A stretch of DNA of 64,000 nucleotides from Eledone cirrhosa (GCA_964016885.1 OZ024741.1:380990001-381054000), one strand, 5' to 3'; positions 43,888 to 62,295 are shown, numbered from the stretch's first letter. Program-made: numbers and translations. Notes: a model not told the origin generated them from the sequence alone.

Positions 43888-44748
43888 CTTAGTCTTAGTT
43901 CCTCCAGCCCCTTGTGGAACATTGGGCGACGAGCTTCCTCCACTTGATCCTGTCACTGACGGCCCTTCTAGCACCTCTCCAGGTAATTCCCATCTCCCGC
44001 AGGTCGTCCCTGAATGTGCTTCGCCATGTTTTTCGTGGTCTTCCCCGTTCTCTCCTGCTACCTTCTGGTACCCAATCCATGGCAATATGAGCAGGTCGAT
44101 CTGCCAGAAAACGAAGGATGTGGCCCGCAAATCGCCGTCTCCTTTTCCGGACAATGTCCCTTAACCTCTCCAATCCTGACCTCCTCATCACTTCCTCGTT
44201 GAAATTTTCAATATGGTCCGAAAGCAACGACGGTGGAATACATCAAGCTTGTTACATATACTTTCTGTACTCTTCCATGTCTCACAGGCATATATCGCTG
44301 TTGGTACTACAATGGACATGTAAACACGGAATTTGACGGCGTTGCCGATGGAACATCTGGACCATACTGGACGGAGTCGCTGAAAGACCGCCGCTGCTTT
44401 TCCCAGCCTTGTGCGCAATTCCACCTCAGCATCCCCATCGTCAGAGATGTTGCTGCCAAGGTATTGGAAGTGGTTTACACATTCAATTTTACGCCGACCA
44501 ACCATGATGGGAGGATTTGGAGGTCACCTGTCGACATGGTCTTGGTTTTTTCACAATTGATGCGCAGGCCAACTTTCTCTGCATTGTCATTTAGAACGTT
44601 TGTCATCTCTTGCAGGTCTTCTCGGGAATGGCCTACCACTGCGATGTCATCGGCAAAGTCCAGGTCGCTTAATCTCCAACCATCCCAACCGATGCCAAAA
44701 CGAGGATCACTCATTGTCTTCTTCATGATGAAATCGATGATAATGAGG
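43888..44748 (-). mobile_element. 5'-truncated RTE LINE fragment
   Basis: LSDLDFADDIAVV, GLRINCEKTK, FQYLGS, IYACETW, FHRRCFRTIL, FAGHILR, RGRPRKTW. Confidence 0.88.
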
Positions 44749-44764
44749 AAATATATATATATAT

Positions 44765-46063
44765 TTCGTTTCTGAATTGGTTTAGCAAGATTCTTTATCT
44801 GAAAACTTGTGTTGAAACCGATATTGTTATACTTTGGGAGGGTCATGTTGCCAATAAGAAAGACACGCACCAGTTGCTATCACAGCAATTTATTATAAAT
44901 TAAATTATAAATTTAAAAAAAAAAAAAAATTATAAATTTCCGGTTGGTTGGTTGGTTCTACAACCGGACGGTTGTTCATATATTGTCAAAGTTCTTTCGT
45001 CAAACATTCTGTGACCTCTTCAGTGACTGGGGATTCCTTACTTTGTTTTGCGCATCTCCTTTGTTTTGTCCTACGCCATCTTGTGTTTGTGTGTGTTGTG
45101 TGCTTAGTTTGCGCATGTGTTACATCCGGGTGTCTGTGTGTGTTTTTATTTGTTTATTTATTTGTTTATTTACATGTACTAGTTGGTTGTTTGAGTGTGT
45201 GTTTTCATTTTGTCATTAATTGTAAGTTGTGATGTTGCTATTCCATTCATGTTTTCTATTTAAATTTGGTTGGAGTTCATTTATGTTTATTGCCTCTGTA
45301 AGAAATGAATGCGTAATCTGTAAACTAAACCTCCATATTACTGCAAAACTAGAAACATAGTATATAGCATAAGATGTACTGAAGGACAATGTAAAGATAA
45401 GAATATAGTGTACATAGTTGAGACAGCTCGTAGTATAGGAGAACGATTAAATGAACACTGGCGAGAGCTTCAAGAAAAGAATCATCAGTACTCCACCAAC
45501 ATGCTAAAATAGAACACGAGGGCAAATTAGAGGACATAGAAATAAAAATAAAATCTACACACAGAAAAGACGCAATGTTTAGACAAATCACAGAGGCACT
45601 AAACATAAATGAACTCCAACCAAAATTAAATAGAAATAATGAATGGAATAGCAACATCACAACTTACAATTAAGGACAAAATGAAAACACACACACATAG
45701 AACAAACAACCAACTAGTAACATCTAAATAAACAAATAAAAACACACACAGACACCCGGATGTAACACATGCGCAAACTAAGCACACAGCACCCAAAAAA
45801 ACAAGATGGCGTAGGACAGAACAAAGGAGAGGCACAAAACAAAGAAAAGAATCCCCAGTCACTGAAGAGGTCACATAATGTGTGACGAAAGAACTTTGAC
45901 AATATATGAACAACCGTCCGGTTGTGTAACCAGCCAGCCAACCGGAAATTTATGAATTTTTTTTTTTCTAAATTTATAATTTAATTTATAATAAATTGTA
46001 GTGAAAGCAACTGTTGCGTATGTTCCTTATTGGCAACATGACCCTCCCAAAGTATAACAATAT
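44765..46063. mobile_element. Inverted pair of PLE-A 3' ends (minus arm 44765-~45300, plus arm ~45301-46063) with HHRs at 44985-45027 (-) and 45858-45900 (+)
   Basis: Diverged homologues of 15799-16340 and 20030-20794; gtca-CTGAAGA-ggtcaca..tgac-GAAA-gaac-TT-tgac. Confidence 0.85.
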
Positions 46064-46084
46064 ATATATATATATAGATATATA

Positions 46085-46254
46085 TTAGAAAGTGAGTTTT
46101 TGTTTACAAAATGAAAAATAACCGAGGTGTCCTACACGAGTGCAAGTATAAAGAAAAAAAATGAAATCGAAAATGCAACTGGAGTCTTATTTTAAAATAT
46201 ATATATATTTTTAAAAATAAGACTCCAGTTCCATGTTCGATTTCATCTCTTATT

Positions 46255-46258
<4 letters not shown>
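46085..46258 (-). mobile_element. pLTR family B end with fold-back
   Basis: Matches 30108-30215, then reverses (aataagactccagtt...tcgatttc). Confidence 0.6.
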
Positions 46259-46299
<41 letters not shown>

Positions 46300-47561
46300 A
46301 CATTTTACGATATTTCACTCTACATCAAATTCACCTTTAAACCACTTTTCTGGAGTAAATGTCGGGTCAGCAAATGACATTACGTCCGCCATTAGACTAC
46401 CCAACTACGTCACCATAATAAAATTCTGGGGAATAAACAAATTTCTATTAAGAATAAACTGAAAATATATACAAGACATAAAAATTAATAATAACATGTA
46501 CAAGAAGCAAAAATCAATCTTTAATACAATATAAATACATTAAGATGTATATACAGCACAATATTATGTATACATCGACACATTGTCAATAATTATATGA
46601 TATTGCGTAGTTCCGCCATATTGCTATCAGACGGTGTTCCTGCAGGTTCGCATTCAAAACACAGGTGATATCAAATAAATGTTTTCCCTTGCTGCAATCG
46701 TATACTTGCTACCAAACACTACATTGCTCATCTAGCCTATGGACCGAAGTGTGATAGCGTGTGTAAGTGCTTCTGTCACTTTTGCATACGTTGCCAGGCA
46801 GTCGATGCAACAATAGAGGAGGAAAGCATCAATATCCATCAAATTTGGAAGAACTACAATATGTACGAGGCTTTACTTAATATTGTGCAGCAGGGTCGAA
46901 ACTTACGCCGTCGGGATGAATAGGGTGTGAAAGCGTTTCAACCCCCAGTTTGTATATGGTTTTAAGGGGCTTAATGTATAAGGTTTCAATGATCTGTATA
47001 AAAACAGGATTTCTCTCACCGATTGGATGAAGATAGAGTTTGAAGAAGATTCGACGATTCGATCGAGGCAAACAAGCCATCTTTAAGTAATGAGGATTCA
47101 ATAGTATTGAGGGAACACCACTGTGATGAAAAACAGCTTCCAGGATCAGAGCCTAATAAATTCACCCCATAGTATGTTATCTCCCTAGTATCGAAATAAT
47201 TTAGTTAGTGAATTATCTTAACTAATTGAACAAAACAAATGAGCTATTTTATCGTAATTGGTTATCCTTTCTGCTTCCATACTTAAAGTGTTATATAACA
47301 TAAATTACGAAGTGAACCCGTGCCTTATGATATCTATCCAAATCTTAATGGTGCCTATCTATTTCCAGCTGGTAAATAGACATATGTGGGGCATATTATA
47401 TTTTATTTCACTCTGATTGATTAGTCCTTCAGTAATGCACTGTCTTTTATTCCCTGTGAGACCAATGAAACGTATGAACGTATGTATGTCAATTAAATGA
47501 TTTAATAATATTTCTTGATTTATTATATAATATTTATATTTACAGCACACATACACATAGA

Positions 47562-47636
<75 letters not shown>

Positions 47637-47648
47637 ATATATATACAC

Positions 47649-47680
<32 letters not shown>

Positions 47681-47959
47681 GTGTGTGTGTAATTAATTTC
47701 AGGTTTAATCAATGCATATAATATATATATATAGATAATCTTTCTTAATAAAAGTTCAATAAACTTCTGTTCAGAGCATAAATAATATAAAATAATTTTA
47801 AACGATATATTAAGATATATCAATTGAGAATCTAACTAGGCTTTAATACATATATACATATATACATATATAACAAATAACATTTCAGGTGTTAAATAAA
47901 AACATTACTCAGATAACGATTTCTCTGGTCGTAAGGTTTCATCGAACGCTTTTAATAGT

Positions 47960-48975
47960 CCCACGTAGAATTGTATACGACTGGATCGAGAAGTTTAAGA
48001 GTGGCGGGACAAACGTTACGCACGAAAAAGAAGCTGGGCACCCGTCAACCTGAACCACTGACGAGAAAATTCCGCAAGCTCGAGTGATGAGAATGCTGAA
48101 CCGGCGAATTATCTTCGCTGAGGTAGCATAGTTTCTACAGATTAGTCAATATTCTGCCTTGCAAATTATCCAGGAGGAGCTGGGCTTACATAAAATCTGT
48201 CTGATATAGGTGCCAAGAGAGCTTACCGCAGAGCACATGCGCAAACATGTTGATTTCTGCCAACGCTTATTTGACCGCTACAACAATGAAGGCGAGTGTC
48301 TTTGAGCAGAATCGTCTCAGGAGAGGAAGCGTGTGTCCATCAGAATAAGCCAGAATCCCAAAGACTGAGTATGGAACGAAAACATCCTCTCTCGCTAGAG
48401 ACGAATAAATTCAAGACTCTATCTTCGGTGGAAAACGTGATGCTAACCGTTTTTAGGGTCTTAAAAGGGCCTGTACTTGAAAGCTACATGGGAAACGGGT
48501 GTACGATTAACAGTGCAAGATTAAGTGCTTTGCTTGTCAACGATCTGAATTCAGCAATTCGCACCAAACACCGAAACCTATTGTTTTCTTGTTGCACAAA
48601 AATGATCGTCCATAGTTGGCCAGCCAGACCGTTCGAAGATAAACCAATTGGGTTTTGAGTTACTGGAAGACTCTGTCTACAGCCCAGAGCTCACGCCTTC
48701 CGACTATCATCTCTTTGGACCGCTCTAAGTTGCTTTACGAGATCTTCGATTTCCTACGGATAAAAAAAAGTGCAGGAAGTAGTGCTCAAATGTTTGCACA
48801 ACCAACCAAAATCCTTCTTGGAGGGAATACGTAAGCGTGTGGATCGCTGAACCAAGAGCATCAAAAAGGAATGGTATTATGTAGAACAATGAGGTAATTG
48901 TTTAATTCCTTCTTTTAAGTAAACAAATTGGAAAAATAAAAAATCAAGTGTGCGAATAATTTTTGCCTTTCTATA
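47960..48975 (+). mobile_element. Mariner transposase relic
   Basis: KIC..*VPRELT (WVPREL), RIVSGEEA.VH, VMLTVF, TINSA, YSPELTPSDYHLFGPL, YYVE. Confidence 0.85.
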
Positions 48976-49223
48976 TATACATATGTGTGGGTACGCGCGG
49001 GTGTGTATATACAATGAAGACATATATATACAATGAAGATATATATTAGTTTAACGCTTGATATATTAGGTAAAAAGTCTTGACGTTTTGTACATTTCTC
49101 CTCCACCAGAAGGTAGAATGAGAAAAAATAAATTAAATGGGGATATAGAATAAGTTAGAAGAGGAAGTACCGGAAATTAAATTTTTTGAGAGAATGCAAG
49201 CGTGTACTCAGCCATTTTGAGGT

Positions 49224-49266
<43 letters not shown>

Positions 49267-49267
49267 T

Positions 49268-49338
<71 letters not shown>

Positions 49339-50259
49339 TTATATGAATATAAAAAATAAATTATATATATGTGCCTATATATGTTTACATATATATCTGA
49401 TGCTTTCCTTCGAATGAAACAGTTCTAATTATGTAGAAGCCATTTCTATCCCAAATTTATTGTTTATACTCTAGTAATTTGTTAAGTACCTGTGTTTCTG
49501 TAGTTACACCCGATTGAACCCGGATTCACATATATATAACTTTATATGACTTTATCACTATAGTACTAAATCAAGAAATCTCCAAGTATATGCAAATGAA
49601 GCAGGTCTAATCAAATCAGAGTGTAAGAATATCTGTTATCTATAATCGTGTTAGTATACAACCATAATTCACCATATCTTATTCCAATTAAAATACTACT
49701 TTCCAAACCAAGGCTTTTAATGATTAAGAACAGTTTCTAAACAGACATATATTTATATCAAGTAACAGCACTATTATTTGTTCCACTGGACAGGATGTGT
49801 AAGTATTTGACAGTTTTCCTTATGTGTTACATGTTTTTCTCCACGTTAATAAGTATATTTAAGAAAAGTCACGAATTCATACTACCCTTCAAAATAACTA
49901 AAAAGTACGATTCATGACTGACATTAAAATATTTAGAAAAATGCTTTTATTTATTTCTAATTAATTCTGACCGATTGATGTCAACGCAAATGTTACTGCA
50001 TACGTCATCATTTAACATAACTATTATATCTCACACCAAGTGTTTGAATAAATTACAGATCTTAAAAGTGTCTGGATTTTGAATTTAATGAACACTAAAG
50101 AACAGAGCTTAGGAGATTTAGGTTATCAGACTTTGGCAGGAACTGTCATCTTCTCGCAGCAATGTGTTTTAATCTATTAATCTATGTATATCCATCTATC
50201 TATTTTTCAAAAAGTCACTGGCACTCACACAGACAGCTATAATCACACATATATAATTA

Positions 50260-50830
50260 TTATCATTATCATCCTCATCAATTTATGACCATTTTCCCAT
50301 GCTGGCATGGGTTGGACGAGTTCTTACAGAACACATCAGTACATTATCGATGCTACGGTATCCCTAAAAAAATCAGTGAACCCCCTCTTGTAGCAATATG
50401 TTCTATTTTGGCATGTTCACTAAAAGTGGATGCATTTCCAAATGCCGCCCACATTAAAGGGTGTACAGGATGCATTTTATTGTGGCACCAACAAAAAAGA
50501 TTTTGACATGTCCTCGAAGTGATGGAAAATTCATTTACACCCGTTTTGGCATAGTGTCTCTAACTGGATGCCCTGCTTAATGCCACCCACTGGAGTAGAC
50601 TGGGTGCCACCCACTGGAGTTTACTGGGTGCATTTTATCATAGCACAAACAGTAGCGATGCTGTCATGTACTTGAGATGACTCAATAGTTCTCTAATACG
50701 TTGACATGTTTTATAAAGCTGGGTACCCTCCTGACACCATGGTGTTGCTCCTTCAATGCTAACCATTTTATAAAGTGTACTGAGTGCATCTTATAGTTGT
50801 ATCAACTCTAGTGACATCACCCCGTTCCAA
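50260..50830 (-). mobile_element. Decayed RTE-type 3' UTR/tail sequences
   Basis: (ATC)n followed by ccatgctggcatgggttggacg and repeated ctggatgccc.. blocks resembling the reverse complement of 15340-15497. Confidence 0.5.
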
Positions 50831-53650
50831 GGTAAAACTGAAAAGAAAAGAGAAGAGGTGTTTTCGGGGAATAAAGATGTATGACAATTGTGTCGAGGAG
50901 ACAGAGCACTAGGGTGGTTTGGAATGGAGTTGGATGATATTTTTTTGGAAAATATGGGTAATGTGTGATTTCAGGATGATGAAAGTTCCAAGCAGTGGCT
51001 TAGAAGAGGTAGCTGCAGACATAAAAGTGTGCCATTAAACTGTTTTCAATCGGTTTTCTCGTCTTTCCAAATTTTGATATGTAAAATATAACAATGCACA
51101 TTTGAAAAAATAGTGTGTCATTAGAAAAAGGTGCTGATCACTGTGGCAAGAGTTAGACAAGCTATTTACTACTGGTTCTTTGCCTAGACATAATTGAAAC
51201 GTCAAAAATAATGATAAATGTATGAATTAAATGTTGATGTATACTCTGTTACACGATTGTCAAGTTGAAACGTTTAGAGAAACAAAGAGTTTGCGTTTGT
51301 TTTTGTCTTTCTGTTAACCATTGCACATCTAGGAGACAATTTTTCTAATATGTTCCTTCCTGTCTAGGATTGTATGGTATGCTCTGGAGGAGATTTGACT
51401 GCTATGTCTATTAAATCAAACTGCCCCATAAATGCTCTGTCGTGGGCTAATGCTTGGTGTTTATAACAGGAAGGTGAATGAAATATTGCCTATCAATTGA
51501 ATGACCTTTCCTATATGCAACCATAATGTTATATGTTTGGACATCTTCAGACCATCTTTGTTGTAGCTGTTGGTATTATTTAGCTCTGTTCAGCCAGTAC
51601 AGAGGTGAATTGTGTTTAAAGACATTCCAGCTGAAATCAGCCTATCTTTTCCATATACATAGCATTATCTATGACTATTTAGCCAATGAGTCTAAATTTT
51701 CCTGAGATTTAGGATGTAAGTTGAAAATGATTTGGCTGCCGTTTCTTACAGATCAAAACACAGCATATCTGCCTCCCACAAAATCATCATGATCGTATGT
51801 TAATTATACATTTTACTTTAACTATGAATATCAGCATATATCGATGAATGAAAATAGCAACGCGAAGAATTATTTAGTTTTAAGGTGTCATTATGTTTCA
51901 CGATTAAGTTAGAGTAAAGGAAGAATCATGAAGGCCTTGAACAAAATACTTTGTGGTATTTATTCTTGTTCTTTATAATTTGCGCTGAGGTCAACTTTGC
52001 ATTTAACCCTTCTTGAATCGATAAGATAAAGTAGGAGTCAAATCAAGAAATTGATTAAATAGACAGTTTCCTTTCCACAAATTCCAGTCTTTAAGTCTAT
52101 GTTAGAAAATATTCAACTTGCTTTAATATGTGAATGTGTGCGTTTGATTTAATCAACTTTGCCGTTCCATTAACTGTGCTAGTCTTGTAAATTAGAAATT
52201 AATATTCTATTTATTTTGGCAAGTCTTGTAAATAATTTCAGATATTTTCGTCGTTATCATACTTGCCAAAATTGCAATGAGAGAATAAATAAATGTATTT
52301 AAAAGATTGTACAACGATTGTCGTAGACATATAGAATTGTTTAGAAATATATAGTAGTGCTATTACATATAAATGTAGGGGGAATTTAAGAGAAAGCTAA
52401 CCAGACATTGATATCTCAATGTTGTTTCGAAACTAACAAAAATATTAAGCTAACATACATATTGTACTATATGTATCCTGTTTGGAATAGATACACCATA
52501 TCTCTATGTATTGTATGAGGTGAGTAAAAGTGTAGTTACCAAGAAAGAAGTCCAGCCGTAAAACATTGCTTGGAAAATTAAGTATAACGCATGCCATTTA
52601 ACTAGTACGTCTAATGTGTGCTTTAACAGGGAACATGGCCTTAAAATGTTTATTGTTGCTCTCTAAGGCGGGCGCATTTGAGGAAGGGCAAAATTGGAGG
52701 GCAAAGCGAGTAATTGATTTTACGTCATTTTATCGAGCACCACCCCCTCCGATAGGAGTGAAACAAAGGTGATTTCGGCAGGATAATAACTCAGAATATA
52801 AAAAGCCAGAATGATCTTACATATATACATAAGAAAAGAGGATAAGAATATAGATAAAAGAAGTTGAAAATGCACTTTAGATATCCCAGGAAGATGTATT
52901 TATTTACAAAGTTTCACGATCTTTTTCCGATTTTCAAAGGTGGAAAGATGTGGAGCTTTGCTGTAATCTAACTGGAGTTAGGAAATTTTCTTATTTTATG
53001 GAGAGTACGTGGCTGAAATTGCTATCTGTCCAAAATACAATGTTTCACTGTATAAAGAAATTTTTTTTATTTTTTTTATTCGTGTTTGAGCTGTGGTTTT
53101 GACTGAACATGGGAAATTGTGAATACTTGAAAATTGGAGCACTTTCCCTCTTTCTCTATATATTTATATATGTGTATATATTAATGTATATACATATACA
53201 CACGCACACACATACATACACATACACACACACACATAAATATGTGTGTTTGTATGTGTGTGAGTGTGTGTCTGTGTGTGTGCATGTATGTAATGTTTGC
53301 TCTATACACATGTGAGCATCTTCGGCCAACGTTTCATACTCAAAAGAAAACATATTAGCTTTAGTCTATTCTCATCTCAATACTGAGTGTGGAAATGTGA
53401 CTGATGGCAGATAAAATCTAGAACCAGTTGTTTGGCAATCTCACCGTCTACCGAGATAATTGTAACATCATCACAGCTTAAAGAATTCCAAGCGAGACTT
53501 TTGCATGCTACTTATATATTGTATATGCCTTCAAATATACCCTACCCATTTGATACACTATGTTATTGCCACTGCTAACACCCCCTTATATATATGTATA
53601 TATAAATGATTATACATATTCATGTATATGTGTATATGAATACACACACA

Positions 53651-53747
<97 letters not shown>

Positions 53748-54694
53748 TCACACACAACACACACAAGTGATGAATAAATGACCATAAAACGATGATGATG
53801 ATGAAGCCCCAGCTTTTTATCACATAAAAAATGTTCTGGCCTTTAATACAGAGACATCAGTAGATCCCAATCATTAAAGAGTTAAAAACCAGTTCTTTAC
53901 TGTTCTGTGCATTATGATTTGTAACTGTTAGGAAAACATCTAACCCCTATCGTTTGCAGTCTATAAGAACATTCTGACCTTCTTTAATTCCTCAATGAAC
54001 CAGCCTGTCAGTTAATCTATAACTAATTTCCTCATTGCTTTTTACTTCTCTCATTACTGTATTCCTATGGTGCAAGCACTCATTTCAATGATTTTGTTCT
54101 ATAGACATGAGACCTTTTCTCTAGAGGTTAATAGCTACACTTGATTTTGCATTGATCCTATACTGTTGCAGTTAATTATTTTATTGATCTAAGTGTGATG
54201 AAAGAAAAAGGCCAGCGCTGATGGGACTTAAGCTAAGAGATATAAAACACTTGACTCAATACTCAATATCCAGCAACCTACTATCTGAATCATCTCTGCT
54301 AGTCTGGCTTACTAATGATGTATTATGGTAATATTGATAACTGCAGGCCTTTAATATTCACTATACTTAAACTGAGGCGGCGAATTGTCAAAATCGTTGG
54401 AACATTGGATAAAATACTTTGTATTATTTGTTGCAGCTCTCTGGGCAATCCGAGTTAAAATCTCAATTTGCCTTTCATACTTTGAAGATCAATAAAGAAA
54501 TAACCAGGACAGTATAGTATTGGATCTGTTCCCTTCTCTATATCCCTTTCTCACCTCCTTTCCCTTGCTCGTTCTCTCCTTCTCTAGAAGAAGTCTGCTA
54601 CATTCAGAAAATGGTGAGGAGGGTTGGATTCTCCAGGTGTAAAATTCCACGAACAGCTTATGTCACTATGTTGCCCATATGACTCCACCAGGAG

Positions 54695-54777
<83 letters not shown>

Positions 54778-54957
54778 AAAATGTGGAGAGGAAGCACACG
54801 AGTTAGGATATATATATATGAAAACAGGGAGAAAAAGACGATTATTCGGAAGAAAATATTTCGTTTTAATTATTTTCTAACCCAGAAAAAAGAGAGAAAG
54901 AAATAAAAATGGGGAAAAAAATATTTTTCCTCCTAATAATCGTCTTTTTCTCCCTGT

Positions 54958-54988
<31 letters not shown>

Positions 54989-55054
54989 CACTAAAACTGA
55001 AAGATATAAAACACTTGACTAAAGGAAAAATATTCAGCATCCTACTATCTGAAT

Positions 55055-55560
55055 AGTTGCATGGTCTAGTGGTAAAGGTGTTGGATGATAATGTCATGAG
55101 TTCGATTCTCGGGAAGGAATGTGTGTGGTGTTCTTGAGCAAAACATTTCATCTCACCTTGATCCAGTTTACTCAGCTGAAAATGAGTACCTCCAATAGTT
55201 GGGGTTTTAAACCTGTCATGGACTGGCATTCTGTCCAGGGTCGAGTGTTCTGCTCTCTGTTGCTTGACTCTAAAAACTAGTGTGACGTGGCTCCTGGCTC
55301 CAGACAAAGTTTAGACTTAGATTAGACTTTAGACTAACTGAATAATCTCTGCTAATCTGGCTTTGAATGATGTATTATCCAAACAGTAGACATATCTATA
55401 TTTAAACTGTGGCATGAGTTCTGATACTACCGGTGTTAGCTTTGCGTTTCATCCTTACTGGATCGACAAAATAAAGAAGTACCAGTAACACACCGCAGTC
55501 AACTTAAGCGACCTTCCCCTCTCTCAAATTTGTTTGACTTGCGTCTGAATCAGAAACCGT
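55055..55560 (+). mobile_element. Decayed tRNA-derived SINE relics
   Basis: TGGTCTAGTGGTAAAG / GAGTTCGATTC at 55062-55110; GCGTTTCATCCTTACTGGATCGACAAAATAAAG at ~55444. Similar relics near 51980 and 54375. Confidence 0.55.
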
Positions 55561-57704
55561 ATTTAAACTGAGGCAAAAGTTTGGCATACTATTAGGTGTT
55601 CGTTATTCTCTAAATAAAACATTTATGTTTTGGTTGTTATTATCACTGTATAAGTTGCCAAATTGTCTGAGTCATCGAATGCCGGATAGAATAATTTGCA
55701 GTATTTTCCCTGACACCTTTCACTGTCGATAAAAAAAGTATCAGTCTTTTGCAGCGTTAGAGTTGATTCCTCGTGTATACTCCTTTCTTGCTTCCTCTTT
55801 TTCTCTCTCGTCCTCTGGGAGAATTCAACTCTTTTTAGACTTGGGGAGTAGATAGGCTCCACTAGGTTTTAAATACCCAAGCTACATCATATATCTCTAC
55901 GTTGCCTCTATAACTCTATTGGGAGTTGCAGGTTCATATATATACACTCGACTAAATACTAAATACTAAATATCCAGTATCCTACTATCTTTTTTATCTC
56001 TATTAGTCTGGCTTTCCAATGCTGCTATATTTTAACATAGATACCTGCAAGCTTTTAGTATTCTCTACACTTAAGTTTTAAAGAAAGATATCAATTTCAG
56101 AAACTCATTTCCTTCTAAAACTCTCTGACAATTATTGTCTAAGTAAGAATATAGATGTGGATTAACTAAAAGTTTAAATACGGATATTGATATTTCACAG
56201 TTCAATTTAATTTGTTGATTTGCCCCAGGTTTGCTCTAATTGATCATATCAATTTCAATTTAAGTAATTGGCAGATGTAGGTGAGAATCTGACTATGTGT
56301 TTTTCAATATGTAATTTCATCCATCTATGTTCGGAATCTATGGTGTTTGGCTTAAATGTACATTTTGTTATTATTTGTGTTAAAGGTGTAAGCGTAGCAC
56401 TAATACTTTCTTTTAGAAGAGAAGCAATGTTCGATATCAGTGACACGTTGTAGGTCATCATATTATTGCATTTGATGTTCATTGCGTAATTCCATCAGCA
56501 CGTTGCTGAAAATACGCAACTCATATTTATTTGTTACTATACCACTCGTGACCCGTTGGCTCACGTTCACTTCAAAATAATTTTTAAAAATCATGTTCAC
56601 TTAAAAATAATTTTTAAATAATAAAAATTTACACAGACATGTATATAATATAATGTGAAATGAAACTGGAAGGCCCATTTACATACGTGTGCGTATATAT
56701 ATATATACATGTATGTATGTTTGAGTGTGTGTGTGTATATGTGGGTGTCTGGGATCTATATGCACTAGTCATAGACACACACACACCCATATACACACGC
56801 ATATATATATATATATATATATAACAACAACACCAGCTCTCTCTCCCTTCCATTCTCCTGCTCTTTCTCCACTCCCTCTCTCTATGTCTCTCTTTCAATC
56901 TACTCTCTCACAACCACTATCTCTTTTTCACTATCCCTCTTTCTCTGTTTATGAAGGTACACAGAAACCCCTATAACTCAGGAACACATGCTTCGATTTA
57001 CGTGAAGCTTGATTTATTCCATTTGTATTCCCATTTCAGGGTCAACTTCCTTTGAAAGTATTTTCCCATTATGCACACTTTTGGCCGTATTACATTACAG
57101 ACAAGCAAGCAAGCAATCACAGACTTTTAGTAGTATATAGATAGATAGATAGATATCTGTTAGTATTAGCAGCCAAACATCGTTGACATTACACTTTATT
57201 ATAATAAAAAGATGTGATGATCATGGCTCATATACATTCGATTCTAAGTTTTCTCAAACAGAGCTTACATGCAACTAAACAACAATAACATTGGCAATGA
57301 TTGAGGTAGAAAGGTTTTGGTTTTGTTGGGAACAAATAGAGATTGAAAAAGCTCAGTATGTTTGGATATGGGTATTCATTAGAAATGACAAGAGTAGGAG
57401 CGGAGTTGTATTGATTGATTTGAGGATAACTAGCACAGTGTTACCAACATTCAGCATCTGATCATATCTGAAGTATTTTTGAGATGCAAATATCATCAGG
57501 GATTGTGTTGCTTAGCATTTGTAACAACATTGTGGGTTTTAGGTAAGTTATATATGCTCTTTGTGAGAACTAAAAGTGTTCATATCGATTTCATGTTGTA
57601 GGAAATTTGTTATAGTGTAAAAACTTCAGGGGTATCTTTTAGAGAAAAAAGTTGGAATAAATTCCTGTGCTATAGCTAGAGAAGAAAATTAATGTATCAA
57701 AATG

Positions 57705-59450
<1,746 letters not shown>

Positions 59451-60064
59451 TTTGGATTTAATGCTCTGAAATAGCGATATATATGTGAAGACAAACATAG
59501 AATATTCGAAAATATTCTGTATGTTTATAATAAACATTTTGAAGACCCAATCGCTATAGAATAGAATACGTCACGTATTACAATTTGAGATTCTCGATAA
59601 AAGCAAGGGAAGTAACCTACGCGTTTCATTCTTATTAGAAATCATCAGGATTACATATCCAATGCTTTTATCGAGAACGACACAGCTAGAGACTTATAGA
59701 ATACTTAGCTGTGTACAGGAACTGGTTTGAAAGAGCGGTAGCCGGTCCGGCAGAAATTAGAATTTGGATTTAATGCTCTGAAATAGCGATATATATGTGA
59801 AGACAAACATAGAATATTCGAAAATATTCTGTATGTTTATAATAAACATTTTGAAGACCCAATCGCTATAGAATAGAATACGTCACGTATTACAATTTGA
59901 GATTCTCGATAAAAGCAAGGGAAGTAACCTACGCGTTTCATTCTTATTAGAAATCATCAGGATTACATATCCAATGCTTTTATCGAGAACGACACAGCTA
60001 GAGACTTATAGAATACTTAGCTGTGTACAGGAACTGGTTTGAAAGTGCGGTAGCCGGTCCGGCA
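59451..60064 (-). mobile_element. Retrozyme locus 2, inverted arm (~2 units; HHRs at 59612-59654 and 59924-59966)
   Basis: Reverse complement of the 312-bp unit; same outer end (tttggattt) as 31436. Confidence 0.88.
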
Positions 60065-60078
60065 AAAGCATTGGATAT

Positions 60079-60278
60079 NNNNNNNNNNNNNNNNNNNNNN
60101 NNNNNNNNNNNNNNNNNNNNNNNNNNNNNNNNNNNNNNNNNNNNNNNNNNNNNNNNNNNNNNNNNNNNNNNNNNNNNNNNNNNNNNNNNNNNNNNNNNNN
60201 NNNNNNNNNNNNNNNNNNNNNNNNNNNNNNNNNNNNNNNNNNNNNNNNNNNNNNNNNNNNNNNNNNNNNNNNNNNNNN
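60079..60278. other. Assembly gap (200 N)
   Basis: N run; 60045-60078 is identical to 60279-60312. Confidence 0.98.
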
Positions 60279-60297
60279 GTGCGGTAGCCGGTCCGGC

Positions 60298-60787
60298 AAA
60301 AGCATTGGATATGTAATCCTGATGATTTCTAATAAGAATGAAACGCGTAGGTTACTTCCCTTGCTTTTATCGAGAATCTCAAATTGTAATACGTGACGTA
60401 TTCTATTCTATAGCGATTGGGTCTTCAAAATGTTTATTATAAACATACAGAATATTTTCGAATATTCTATGTTTGTCTTCACATATATATCGCTATTTCA
60501 GAGCATTAAATCCAAATTCTAATTTCTGCCGGACCGGCTACCGCTCTTTCAAACCAGTTCCTGTACACAGCTAAGTATTCTATAAGTCTCTAGCTGGGTC
60601 GTTCTCGATAAAAGCATTGGATATGTAATCCTGATGATTTCTAATAAGAATGAAACGCGTAGGTTACTTCCCTTGCTTTTTATCGAGAATCTCAAATTGT
60701 AATACGTGACGTATTCTATTCTATAGCGATTGGGTCTTCAAAATGTTTATTATAAACATACAGAATATTTTCGAATATTCTATGTTT
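60298..60787 (+). mobile_element. Retrozyme locus 2, forward arm (~1.6 units; HHRs at 60313-60355 and 60625-60667)
   Basis: Matches the array unit. Confidence 0.88.
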
Positions 60788-62132
<1,345 letters not shown>

Positions 62133-62295
62133 ATAGTGGAGTACTTCCCTATTATCTTTGGTAAGGTAAGAAAAATTATGTGCACAGAAAACCACGATTC
62201 ATCAGGAGTTTAAAAATAATGAATAAGTCTTAGACAATTACAGTTTTTGTTGTTGAAGACCGTTTGAATTTGGTAAACTTTATTTTTTCCCCCAT

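Noticed and set aside
46877-47101. Possible Gypsy integrase fragment (GERNPVF...HPDG)
   Set aside because: Similarity too weak, with no supporting RT, RNase H or LTR nearby.
46300-57600. Host gene exons in the less repetitive AT-rich stretch
   Set aside because: No ORF with recognisable protein features. Short exons cannot be excluded without transcript data.
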